Assembly: GCA_049970175.1 (NCBI GenBank)
Contig: JBMFNL010000002.1
Span: 2,722 to 66,721 of the forward strand
DNA length: 64,000 nucleotides
From: Chloroflexia bacterium
Lineage (GTDB): Bacteria > Chloroflexota > Chloroflexia > DTKN01
Direction: 5' to 3'
Shown here: in pieces, positions 18,393-27,251 of the stretch
Layout of the letters: each line of letters starts with the position of its first letter
Numbering within the stretch: position 1 is the first letter of the stretch
Program-made: the position numbers and the translations under genes
Notes under the pieces: generated by a model
Seen by the model: only the letters and a program-made list of their open reading frames with translations
Database searches by the model: none
What the model was told of the DNA's origin: nothing

Positions 18393-19625
18393 GTGAAAGC
18401 GCACCCACGTGGCAACGGTGCCTTCGCCTGGCTGAGCGCCATCCTTTCCCTCCTGGGGGGGCTCCTGCTGACCTTTGCCCTCCAGTCCTCGCTGGCCCTC
18501 TCCGTCCTGAACCTGCCCCGGACGCTGGTCTTTGCCCTGGCCGCCGTGCTCTTCGGCCTGCTGGCCGATGAGGTGGGCCGGGGCAAAGTGCTGGCCGGCG
18601 GGGTGGCGCTTTCCGCTCCGGTCCTGGTCCTGGCCGGCCGGTCCGGGCCGGGCCTGGGACAGGAAGTCTGCCTGCTCCTCCTGGCCGTGGGCCTGGCGAT
18701 GGTGCTGTCCCCGCTCCTGAGCATCCTGTTGGCCGGAGTGCGTACGGAACGCCTGCTGGCCACGGCCGCCGGCCTTTACCTGGCGGTGGGGGGGCTGGCT
18801 TCCCTGGTGGCCCGGTCGCTCTTCCAGGTCGGCACCCTGCAGGTGGGGAGGCTGGATCTCCAAGTAGGCACCTTTCAACTGCCTCTGGAACTGGGGATTC
18901 TGCACACCCCGTTCGGACCGTTCGGTGGGTATCTGGCCGTCGTCGCCGGCCTGGGGGGACTCCTGCTGGCCCTGGCCGGCCTTTCCGGCCGGAGGTTGCC
19001 GAGCGAGGATCCGGAGGTTGCCGGGGCCGGCCGCCGGCTCCCGCTGCTCCTGCTGGCCTCCTGGCTGGCGACCGCTTCCCTGGCGCTTGTGCTGGCCTTT
19101 CTCTCCCCCTTGGCTCAGGAGCGGGCCGGGGTTTCCTATGACACCGTTCGTTTCCTCCTGATGGCCCTGCCGGTTCCGGTGGTCCTGGTTCAGTTCCTGG
19201 GCGGCCCCGCGGCCGACCTGTTCGAGTGGGCCGTCTGGCGCATGTCCGGCCGCCGGGGCGGGCGGGCGGTCGCGGCAGCCCTGGGCGTTCTCCTCCTGGT
19301 CGCCGGGTTTGTCCTCCTCCTGCTGGCTACGGACATCTCGGCCCTGACCAACGCCGTGCCCATCGTCGGCATAGGTTACGGCCTGCTTGGCCCCTCTCTC
19401 CTCGCCCTGGTGGCCGGGGGACTCCCCCGGGGGCGCTGGGGGCTGGCCGCCGGACTTTACCTGGCCGTAACCGCGCTGGCCGGATCCCCCTGCCTGGCCC
19501 TTCTGGGGGATATGCCGGCCTCTACCGCCCTCTACCTAGCCCTGGCGCTGGCCGCCCTGATTTCCCTTCCCCTGGTCGTCCTGTTCGTGCGGCCGGGCAC
19601 GGAGGTTTCGCCCGATGTCGGCTGA
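18393..19625 (+). CDS. MFS transporter
   Basis: 12-TM hydrophobic profile; GTG start. Confidence 0.55.
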   Translation: MKAHPRGNGAFAWLSAILSLLGGLLLTFALQSSLALSVLNLPRTLVFALAAVLFGLLADEVGRGKVLAGGVALSAPVLVLAGRSGPGLGQEVCLLLLAVGLAMVLSPLLSILLAGVRTERLLATAAGLYLAVGGLASLVARSLFQVGTLQVGRLDLQVGTFQLPLELGILHTPFGPFGGYLAVVAGLGGLLLALAGLSGRRLPSEDPEVAGAGRRLPLLLLASWLATASLALVLAFLSPLAQERAGVSYDTVRFLLMALPVPVVLVQFLGGPAADLFEWAVWRMSGRRGGRAVAAALGVLLLVAGFVLLLLATDISALTNAVPIVGIGYGLLGPSLLALVAGGLPRGRWGLAAGLYLAVTALAGSPCLALLGDMPASTALYLALALAALISLPLVVLFVRPGTEVSPDVG

Positions 19626-20184
19626 AGCGCGTCCGCGCCTTCCACCCAACCAGCGTCTGGTCACCCGGATGCCCGTCCTTCACTATGGGCCGGTCCCCCG
19701 GGTAGACCTCGCGCGCTGGGATTTCCGTCTCTTCGGCCTGGTGGAGGCGGAGGTGCGCTGGACATACCCGGAGTTTCGTGCCCTGCCCGCCTGGGAGGTC
19801 ATCTGCGATGTCCACTGCGTGACCGGGTGGAGCATGTTCGATACCCGCTGGGAGGGCGTTCCGGTGCAGGAGGTGATGCGTCATGTGCGGTTGAAGCCGG
19901 GGGCCCGCTACGTCCTCGTCCATGCCGAGCACGGCTTCACGGCGAACCTTCCCCTGGAGGTCTTTCTGGCCGAGGACAACCTCTTTGCCTGGGGCTATGA
20001 AGGTCGGGAACTCGCCCCGGAGCACGGCTGGCCGCTGCGCCTGGTGGTGCCTTCCCGTTACTTCTGGAAGAGTGCCAAGTGGGTGCGGGAGGTCGAGTTT
20101 CTGGACCATGACGTGCCGGGCTTTTGGGAGCGGGCCGGCTATCATCACAACGGCGACCCGTGGAAAGAAGAGCGTTATGAATAA
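19615..20184 (+). CDS. sulfite oxidase-like molybdopterin-binding oxidoreductase (small YedY/SorA-like form)
   Basis: CVTGWS...RYFWKSAKWVREVEF motifs of the Mo-co-binding fold. Confidence 0.55.
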   Translation: MSAEARPRLPPNQRLVTRMPVLHYGPVPRVDLARWDFRLFGLVEAEVRWTYPEFRALPAWEVICDVHCVTGWSMFDTRWEGVPVQEVMRHVRLKPGARYVLVHAEHGFTANLPLEVFLAEDNLFAWGYEGRELAPEHGWPLRLVVPSRYFWKSAKWVREVEFLDHDVPGFWERAGYHHNGDPWKEERYE

Positions 20185-20199
20185 CTCCGGAGGTGCGAA

Positions 20200-20670
20200 A
20201 TGACCGAGACCGGGCCCATCCAGGTCGGCGAAGCGGCCCCCGATTTCTCCCTGAAGGGTAGCCTGGGCAGCCAGGTACGCCTGAGCGACTACCGGGGCAA
20301 AAAGGCCGTCGTCCTCTCGTTTCACCCGCTGGCCTTTACCTCGGTATGCTCGGCGCAGATGCTCCTCCTGGAACTGGAACACAAGCGCTTCGAAGGATTG
20401 AACGTCCAGGTGCTGGGCATCAGCGTGGACAGCGTGCCGGCCAAGGAAGCCTGGGCCGCGGCGCTGGGGGTCCGCTCTTTCCCGATGCTTTCCGATTTCC
20501 CCGGCGGCGAGGTGGCCCGCCGGTACGGCCTGCTGCGCCCGGAGGGCTTCTCTGAGCGGGCGGTGGTGGTTGTGGACCGCGAGGGGATCGTCCGCTTCGT
20601 CAAGGTGTATCCGTTGCGGGAGGTTCCCCAACCGGAGGAACTCTGGCCGGTGCTGGAGGCGCTGCCGTAG
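20200..20670 (+). CDS. peroxiredoxin (AhpC/TSA/Bcp-like)
   Basis: PDFSL...VVLSFHPLAFTSVCSAQ with the T-x-x-C peroxidatic cysteine motif. Confidence 0.7.
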   Translation: MTETGPIQVGEAAPDFSLKGSLGSQVRLSDYRGKKAVVLSFHPLAFTSVCSAQMLLLELEHKRFEGLNVQVLGISVDSVPAKEAWAAALGVRSFPMLSDFPGGEVARRYGLLRPEGFSERAVVVVDREGIVRFVKVYPLREVPQPEELWPVLEALP

Positions 20671-20730
20671 GAAAGCCGAATGGGGGCACCAGGGTTTTGC
20701 CCCTTTCGCCGCAGCCCCTGGAGGACCGGA

Positions 20731-22203
20731 ATGGGGGAGGATGTGCGCCGTCAGGTCGAGGAAAAGGTGCTGCGGGCCGTTGCTGAGGGCCGGATGTGGG
20801 CCCCTGGCGAGACGGTGGTGGTGGCCGTCTCGGGCGGGGCCGATTCGCTCTGCCTGCTCCAGGCGCTCTATGCCCTGCAGCCGTGTCACGGGGGGCGGCT
20901 GCATGTGGCCCACCTGGATCACCGTTTCCGGGGGGAGGAATCGGCGGCCGAGGCCCGGAAGGTGGCGGCTCTGGCAGAGGCTCTCGGCCTCCCGGCCACG
21001 GTGGAGGCAGTGGACGTTCCGGCGCTGATGGAGGGGGAGCACCTCTCGGCCGAGGAGGCCGGCCGGCGGGCGCGCTACCGCTTCCTGGCCGGCCTGGCGG
21101 CCTCCCTGGGGGCCTCGGCCATCGCCCTGGGGCATACCGCCGACGATCAGGTGGAGACGGTGCTGATGCATTTCCTGCGGGGAAGCGGGCCGGCCGGGTT
21201 GCGTGGGATGCGGCCGGTCTCGCCCCCGGCCCCCTGGATGACGGAGGGGCTACCCCTTTCGTCCCCGCTGCGCCTGGTGCGCCCGCTCCTGGGGCTGAGC
21301 CGCGGCGAGACCGAGGCCTATTGCGCTGCCTGCGGGCTGCAACCCACGCGGGACCGCTGGAACGAGGACGTGCGTTTCCTGCGGGTGCGCCTGCGCCGGC
21401 AGGTGATACCGCTTCTGGAGGAACTCAACCCACGTTTTCGGGAGGCCGTGCTGCGCCTGGCCCAACTTTTTGCCTGGGAGGAAGAGGACCTCCAGGCCCT
21501 GCTGGAGGAGCGCTGGGCGGCCCTGGTGCGGATGGAAGGCCGGACGGTGCGGTTTCCCCTGGCCGGCTGGCGGGGCCTTCCCCGTACCTTTCGGCTGCTG
21601 GCGCTCCGGCGGGCCGTGGAACAGGTGCGCGGCCACCTGGAGGACCTGGGATGGGAGGCCCTGGTGGCCGCCGGCCGGCTGGATGAGGCCCGGGTGGGGA
21701 CGACGGTAGCGCTGGTGGAGGCGGTGGTGGCCCGGCGGGGCTACGAGGAGATCGCCGTCGGCTGGACGGAGGACCTCGAGGCGGCTGCCCCCTGGCCCGA
21801 CCTGGGCGAAGGATGGATTCCGGTGGTCCTTCCTGGGCGTACGGAACTCCCCGGAGGGCATGCCCTGGTGGCGGAGGAAGGCCGGCCGGAGGAGGCTCTT
21901 CGCACGGCCGGCCCTTGGGAAGTCTGGCTGGACGCCGAAGCCTGCGGCCGTCGCCTCTGGCTGCGCCACCGTCGCCCCGGCGACCGCTTCTACCCCCTCG
22001 GGCTGGGCGGGGAAAAGAAACTTCAGGACTTTTTTGTGGACGAGAAGGTGCCCCGCGCCCTGCGGGGGCGGGTGCCGCTCCTGGTCTCACCCCGGGGCAT
22101 CGTCTGGGTGGTGGGCTACCGCCTGGACGAACGCTTCCGCCTCCGTCCACAGACCCGCCGGGCGCTGCACCTGCGCTGGGAAGGCCCGGAGGCTGCTTCC
22201 TGA
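20731..22203 (+). CDS. tilS: tRNA(Ile)-lysidine synthetase
   Basis: VAVSGGADSLCLL PP-loop (SGGxDS) and lysidine-synthase C-terminal domain. Confidence 0.75.
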   Translation: MGEDVRRQVEEKVLRAVAEGRMWAPGETVVVAVSGGADSLCLLQALYALQPCHGGRLHVAHLDHRFRGEESAAEARKVAALAEALGLPATVEAVDVPALMEGEHLSAEEAGRRARYRFLAGLAASLGASAIALGHTADDQVETVLMHFLRGSGPAGLRGMRPVSPPAPWMTEGLPLSSPLRLVRPLLGLSRGETEAYCAACGLQPTRDRWNEDVRFLRVRLRRQVIPLLEELNPRFREAVLRLAQLFAWEEEDLQALLEERWAALVRMEGRTVRFPLAGWRGLPRTFRLLALRRAVEQVRGHLEDLGWEALVAAGRLDEARVGTTVALVEAVVARRGYEEIAVGWTEDLEAAAPWPDLGEGWIPVVLPGRTELPGGHALVAEEGRPEEALRTAGPWEVWLDAEACGRRLWLRHRRPGDRFYPLGLGGEKKLQDFFVDEKVPRALRGRVPLLVSPRGIVWVVGYRLDERFRLRPQTRRALHLRWEGPEAAS

Positions 22204-22357
22204 ACCGGAGGCCGGGATGGTCCTGACCCTCTTGTACGTCAGCCGGGGCATCGGGATGGAGGGCTTCTGGTATACGCCCAGGGTGCGTTTCCTCTGCCCG
22301 CCGGAGATGGTGGCCGTTGAACTGCGGGCTCCGTAGCGGGTCCTGGAAAGAGGAACT

Positions 22358-24361
22358 ATGCCGAGCGCAGTTGCCGATGTGGGAAGCCGGGCTTTGATGC
22401 GTCGCCTGACCCTGGCCCATCTCCGTCAGGAGGGGGAGGCGGCTCTCCTTACCGGCCTGAGGGAACGGGCCCAGGCTTATTTCCGCCAGGCTCTGGCCCT
22501 GGACGATCGGGATGCCGACCTCTGGGCCCTCCTGGGGGCCACCTTTCCGGAGCGGGAAGCCCGCCGGGGTTGCGCCCGACAGTCCCTGGCCCTGGACCCC
22601 GGCAATCGTCTGGCCTCCTTCCTGCTGGAGGAAAAGTTTCCCTGCCCGCCTCCCTCCCTCCTCCGGGGCCGGGTGGCCGCGGAGGCGCGGATCCGGCCGG
22701 CCGTACATCTCCCCGGACGCATCCTGGCGACTCTGCTCCTTCTGGTGGTGCTGGCGCTGGACATCCTTTGGGGAGGGCTCTACGCCTGGAAGTACGAGGG
22801 GTGCTTCTTCCCCGGCATCCGCCTGGCCGGGCTGGACCTGGGCGGCCTCTCCTACAGTCAGGCCCGCAGCCTCCTGGAGCGGGACCTGGCCGCCTTCCTC
22901 AACCGCCCGCTCCTCCTGGAAGCCGGGGGCCTCCGGTGGAGTCTCCGGGCGGAGGAGGCGGGCCTGCGCTACCGTCTGGACGAGGCCCTGGAGGCGGCCT
23001 GGGCGCTGGGCCGGAGCGGCCCGGCCCCCCTTTCCTGGTGGGAGCGGATGCGCCTGGGCCTCCTGGGGCAGGAGGTGCCCCTGCCGGCCGCCTTGGAGGA
23101 CGCGGTGCTGACGGAGGTGATCGGGCGCCTGGCCGGCGCCCTGGACCGGCCGGCCGGCCCGCCGGAACTGGCCTGGACGGAGGGGCGATGGACGATCTCC
23201 CCCGGCCGGGACGGCCGGCACCTGGACCGGCCGGAGGCGGAGGCCCGGTTGCGGGCGGCGCTCTCCCTCTTGGCCGAGGGTCGGGGGCCGGCCGGGGAGG
23301 CCCCTTGGCTCGTCGCCCTGCCGGTGGTCACCGAGAGCCTGGCCCTGTCCGAGGCGGAGGTGGCCCGCCTGGAGGAGGAAGTCGGGCGGGCCGGCCGGCC
23401 GCTCACCCTGCGCTGTGGTGAGCACACCTGGACGGCCGAGCCCCCCGAGATCGCCCCTTGGCTGCGCATCCGGCGCGGCTCGCTTCCCGATATCCAGGTG
23501 GACCCGGAGGCGGTGCGGGCCTACCTGGACGCGCTGGCCCCGCAACTGGAACGGCCGGCCGAGCGCCCCCGACTGGAGATGCGGGATGGGCGGGCCGCCG
23601 TCTTCCGGCCCGGACGGGACGGCCTGGCCCTGGACCTGGAGCGGGCGCCGGCCGAGGTGGTCGAGGCGCTGCAACGTCGCCTGCAGGGGGAGGAGGTCGA
23701 GGCGGTCGAACTGAGCACGGTGGTCCTCCCGGCCGGCAACGAGGACTTTTTGGCCGAACTGGGGGTGCTGGCACCGGTGGGGGAGGGCACCTCGACCTTT
23801 GTCGGCTCTTCCCCGGAGCGGGCCGAAAACATCCGTATCGGCGGAGCCGAGTTACACGGCCGGCTGATCGCCCCCGATGAGGTCTTTTCCCTGAACGAGG
23901 CGCTCTACCCCATTACCTGGGAAAAGGGCTACCGCTACGCTCCGGTGATTTCGGGCGGCTACCTGGTGATGGGGTTGGGCGGCGGGCTCTGCCAGGTGGC
24001 CACCACGCTCTATCGGGCCGTGCTCTACAGCGGGTTGGAGATCGTGGAGCGGCATCCCCACCTGTGGCGGGTAGAGTACTATGAGCAGGACGCCCCGCCG
24101 GGCTTCGATGCCACCATCTCCCAGGGCGGGCCCGACCTCCGCTTTCGCAACAACACCGGTCGTTACCTCCTCATCCAGGTGGAGACCGACCTGGAGCATT
24201 CCCGCCAGACCATCCGCTTCTACGGCACGCCGCCGGGATGGACGGTGACCATTGACCGGTACGAAATCGGCAACGGGGGGCACACCGTCTCCTACCGGAG
24301 GACGGTGAGCCGGGACGGGCAGGTGCTCCTGCAGGAAACGATCTACAGTTTCTACCAGTGA
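22358..24361 (+). CDS. VanW-family protein with N-terminal TPR-like region and a TM helix
   Basis: C-terminal FSLNEALYPITWEKGYRYAPVISGGYLVMGLGGGLCQVATTLY VanW domain. Confidence 0.6.
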   Translation: MPSAVADVGSRALMRRLTLAHLRQEGEAALLTGLRERAQAYFRQALALDDRDADLWALLGATFPEREARRGCARQSLALDPGNRLASFLLEEKFPCPPPSLLRGRVAAEARIRPAVHLPGRILATLLLLVVLALDILWGGLYAWKYEGCFFPGIRLAGLDLGGLSYSQARSLLERDLAAFLNRPLLLEAGGLRWSLRAEEAGLRYRLDEALEAAWALGRSGPAPLSWWERMRLGLLGQEVPLPAALEDAVLTEVIGRLAGALDRPAGPPELAWTEGRWTISPGRDGRHLDRPEAEARLRAALSLLAEGRGPAGEAPWLVALPVVTESLALSEAEVARLEEEVGRAGRPLTLRCGEHTWTAEPPEIAPWLRIRRGSLPDIQVDPEAVRAYLDALAPQLERPAERPRLEMRDGRAAVFRPGRDGLALDLERAPAEVVEALQRRLQGEEVEAVELSTVVLPAGNEDFLAELGVLAPVGEGTSTFVGSSPERAENIRIGGAELHGRLIAPDEVFSLNEALYPITWEKGYRYAPVISGGYLVMGLGGGLCQVATTLYRAVLYSGLEIVERHPHLWRVEYYEQDAPPGFDATISQGGPDLRFRNNTGRYLLIQVETDLEHSRQTIRFYGTPPGWTVTIDRYEIGNGGHTVSYRRTVSRDGQVLLQETIYSFYQ

Positions 24362-24381
24362 GCCTCGTTTCAGCGGCCCGG

Positions 24382-24410
24382 TTGCCCCCGACGGCCTCCC
24401 GTGATAAAAT
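24382..24410 (+). promoter_or_regulatory. putative promoter TTGCCC-N17-(TGa)TAAAAT for the phosphate transporter
   Basis: Hexamers read directly; lies inside the ORF-track extension of pit, so the downstream ATG 24449 is preferred. Confidence 0.35.
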
Positions 24411-24448
24411 CTCCTACACTTTCGGAAACGGTGCCGGAGAAGGACCGG

Positions 24449-25441
24449 ATGGTGCCAGGCGAACTCGTTTTGCTTGTGCTGGTGGCGTTGCTCTTTGACT
24501 TTCTCAACGGCTTTCACGACAGCAGCAACGTGGTCTCCACGATGGTCGTTTCGGGGGCTATGGAACCGGGGCCGGCCCTCTGGCTGGCCGCCCTGGGGGA
24601 ATTCGCCGGCCCCTTTCTCTTCGGCGTAGCCGTGGCCAGGACGATCGGCTCGGAGGTGGTCGCGGCCCAGGACGTTACCGTCCCGGCCATCGTTTCCGCC
24701 CTCCTGGGCGCGGTCCTCTGGAACCTCTTCACCTGGCTATTGCGCCTGCCCTCCAGTTCGTCCCATGCCCTGGTGGGAGGGCTGGTCGGGGCCATCCTGG
24801 GCGCCTCCGGCCCGGGAAGCATCCATCTGGCCGGCCTGGGCAAGGTCTTCCTGGCCCTGCTCCTGGCCCCCCTGCTGGGGCTGGGCATCGGCTACCTGTT
24901 CCTGCGGGTCGTGCGCTTCCTGGCGGCCGGAGCCACACCGCGCATCAACCGCTTTTTCCGGCTGGCCCAGGTCCCGGCCTCGCTGGCCCTGGCCCTGAGC
25001 CACGGGACCAACGACGGTCAGAAGACGATGGGCATCATCGCCATGGGGCTGGTGGCGGCCGGCCACCTTTCGGAATTTTCGGTGCCGCTCTGGGTGATCG
25101 CCCTTTGTGCCGGGACGCTGGCCCTGGGCACCCTGAGCGGCGGGTTGCGGATCGTGCGTACCCTGGGGACGCGCATCTACCGTATCCGCCCCATCCACGG
25201 TTTCTCCGCCCAGGTGGTCTCCACGGCCGTGATTCTGGGGGCCGCCCTGCTGGGCGGCCCGGTCAGCACCACCCAGGTGGTCGGCTCGGCCATCATCGGG
25301 GTCGGGGCGGCCGAACGCCTTTCCAAGGTGCGCTGGACCGTCTTCAGAAACTTTCTCCTCACCTGGCTGTTGACGATTCCGGCCGCGGCCCTGCTGGCCG
25401 CAGCCTTTCGGCTGGCCCTCCGGGCGCTGGGATCGCCGTAA
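24449..25441 (+). CDS. pit: inorganic phosphate transporter, PiT family
   Basis: LFDFLNGFHDSSNVVST and LSHGTNDGQKTMGII duplicated PiT motifs. Confidence 0.75.
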   Translation: MVPGELVLLVLVALLFDFLNGFHDSSNVVSTMVVSGAMEPGPALWLAALGEFAGPFLFGVAVARTIGSEVVAAQDVTVPAIVSALLGAVLWNLFTWLLRLPSSSSHALVGGLVGAILGASGPGSIHLAGLGKVFLALLLAPLLGLGIGYLFLRVVRFLAAGATPRINRFFRLAQVPASLALALSHGTNDGQKTMGIIAMGLVAAGHLSEFSVPLWVIALCAGTLALGTLSGGLRIVRTLGTRIYRIRPIHGFSAQVVSTAVILGAALLGGPVSTTQVVGSAIIGVGAAERLSKVRWTVFRNFLLTWLLTIPAAALLAAAFRLALRALGSP

Positions 25442-25545
25442 GGGAACCGAAGGCGGGGGTCGAGGACGTGTCGGTGGGACAGCAGGGGTGATAGGTATGC
25501 AGGTGGTGCCGTGCCCGGAGGATGAGGCCGGCGGGGAGGTTCAAG

Positions 25546-26172
25546 GTGCGCTGGAAAGTTTTTCGCCGCCGCAGGCGGCCCGATTTCCATCAGATGCTTC
25601 TGGAGCAGGCCGGCAAGGCCCTGGAGGGACTGGAAGGCCTGGAGGAATACCTGCGTTCTCCCACCGAGGAGCAGGCCCGCCGGGTGCGCCAGTTGGAAAA
25701 GGAGGGCGACGAACTGCGCCGCATCCTCATCGATGAACTGAACCGCACCTTTGTCACGCCCTTTGACCGTGAGGACATCTTCGCCCTCTCGCGGGCCATA
25801 GACGATGTGCTGGACTATGCCCACACCACCGTGAGCGAGATGGACATCCTGCGGGTCGGACCGAACGATTACCTGCGCCGGATGGCCTCGCTCCTCCACG
25901 AGGCCGGGGAGGAAATCTACCTGGCCGTCCAGCACATGCGCCAGCGCCCGGCCCTGGCCGGCGAACACGTCTCCCGGGCCAAGGCCTTTGAAAACCGGGT
26001 GGAAAGCGTCTATCGGGAGGCGTTGGCCGAACTCTTTTCCAGTCCCAAAGACCTGGACGATGTGGTACATATGCTCAAACTGCGCGAGATCTATCGCCAC
26101 CTGAGCAATGCCGCCGACCGGGGAGACGAGGCGGCCAACATCGTCGGGGACATCATCGTCAAGACAGCCTAG
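25546..26172 (+). CDS. DUF47 (PhoU-like) protein, partner of PiT
   Basis: TIGR00153-like sequence; GTG start with RBS GGGGAGG 6 nt upstream (ATG 25522 has no usable RBS). Confidence 0.65.
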   Translation: MRWKVFRRRRRPDFHQMLLEQAGKALEGLEGLEEYLRSPTEEQARRVRQLEKEGDELRRILIDELNRTFVTPFDREDIFALSRAIDDVLDYAHTTVSEMDILRVGPNDYLRRMASLLHEAGEEIYLAVQHMRQRPALAGEHVSRAKAFENRVESVYREALAELFSSPKDLDDVVHMLKLREIYRHLSNAADRGDEAANIVGDIIVKTA

Positions 26173-26180
26173 CAATAATC

Positions 26181-26257
26181 CGGTGCGAACCCGGCGGTGT
26201 AGGTCGGATGGCCCATCCGACCTACACCCGTCCTGACGAATTCGGTGCGAGCCCGGA
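26181..26257. repeat. perfect 33-bp palindrome GGTGTAGGTCGGATGG-C-CCATCCGACCTACACC (site C) flanked by imperfect 17-nt direct repeats CGGTGCGAaCCCGGcGG / CGGTGCGAgCCCGGaGG
   Basis: Read directly; palindrome core at 26196-26227; spans the annotated ATG of the ABC ATPase ORF. Confidence 0.6.
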
Positions 26258-26264
26258 GGCTTCG

Positions 26265-27251
26265 GTGGACTATGCGATCGAGGCGGAGGAACTCACCCGC
26301 GTCTTCGGGGCCCTGGTCGCGGTGGACCGGCTGACGCTGACGGTGCGCCGGCCGGAGATATTGGGGCTGGTGGGGCCGGACGGGGCCGGCAAGACGACCA
26401 CCATCCGCATGCTGGCCGGCATCCTGCCCCCGACCTCGGGCCGGGCCCGGGTGCTGGGCTTTGTCCTGCCCGAACAGGCCGAAAAGATCAAAGCCCACAT
26501 CGGCTACATGCCCCAGCGTTTCAGCCTCTATGCCGACCTGACGGTGGAGGAAAACCTCGCCTTCTTCGCCGAAATCTACCAGGTGCCCCGACCGGAACGG
26601 GCCCGGCGGATGGAGGAACTCTTGCAATTTGCCCGGCTGAGCGCCTTTCGGAAGCGCCCGGCCGGCTACCTTTCCGGCGGGATGAAGCAGAAACTGGCCC
26701 TGGCCTGCACCCTGATTCACCGCCCCGACCTCCTCCTCCTGGACGAACCGACCACCGGCGTGGACCCGGTGGCCCGGCGGGAGTTCTGGGGCATCCTCTA
26801 CCATCTCCTGTCCCAGGGGCGAACCATCCTGGTGAGCACGCCCTACATGGACGAGGCCGAACGCTGCAACCGGGTGGCTTTTCTGGCCCGGGGACGGCTG
26901 CTTCAGATCGGCACGCCGGAGGAACTCAAGGCCGCCTACCCGCACGAACTTCTGGAAGTACGCGCCCGTCCCCTGGAGGAAGCGGCCGCCCAGGCCCGCG
27001 GCCTGCCCGGCGTGCTCGACGTGCAGACCTTTGGGGAGACGCTGCACCTGGTCGTGGAGGAGGCCCGGGCGGCCCAGGAGACGGTCCGGTCGGCGCTCCA
27101 GCAGGCCGGTCTGACCTTCCTCCAGTTGCGTCCCATCGCCCCGACGATGGAGGACGTCTTTATGGCCCTCCTGGGGCGTGCCGGCGAACCCTCTCGGGGG
27201 AAAGAAGGATGGCTACCAGGAGAAAATCATGGAACCGCGACCCTCGCCTGA
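26265..27251 (+). CDS. ABC transporter ATP-binding protein (ABC-2-like); no adjacent permease gene
   Basis: Walker A GPDGAGKTT, signature LSGGMKQK, Walker B LLLLDEPT; start taken at GTG 26265 because the ORF-track ATG 26208 lies inside the palindrome. Confidence 0.65.
   Translation: MDYAIEAEELTRVFGALVAVDRLTLTVRRPEILGLVGPDGAGKTTTIRMLAGILPPTSGRARVLGFVLPEQAEKIKAHIGYMPQRFSLYADLTVEENLAFFAEIYQVPRPERARRMEELLQFARLSAFRKRPAGYLSGGMKQKLALACTLIHRPDLLLLDEPTTGVDPVARREFWGILYHLLSQGRTILVSTPYMDEAERCNRVAFLARGRLLQIGTPEELKAAYPHELLEVRARPLEEAAAQARGLPGVLDVQTFGETLHLVVEEARAAQETVRSALQQAGLTFLQLRPIAPTMEDVFMALLGRAGEPSRGKEGWLPGENHGTATLA

Noticed and set aside
21425-23674. 749-aa minus-strand ORF (Pro/Gly/Arg-rich), plus other long antisense ORFs (137-1438, 4075-5160, 19522-21171, 29008-31101, 31708-33240, 33519-35138, 42703-45048, 54574-56253, 56422-58425)
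   Set aside because: They lie antisense to genes with clear homology (tilS, VanW, fhs, leuS and others). Their composition is low-complexity, as expected from reading a 68% GC sequence out of frame, where stop codons are rare. No motif is recognisable.
26208-26264. ORF-track start of the ABC ATPase at ATG 26208 (MAHPTYTRPDEFG...)
   Set aside because: This N-terminal extension is the translation of the perfect palindrome and its flanking direct repeat. The conserved ABC domain begins near GTG 26265, so the shorter start is preferred.
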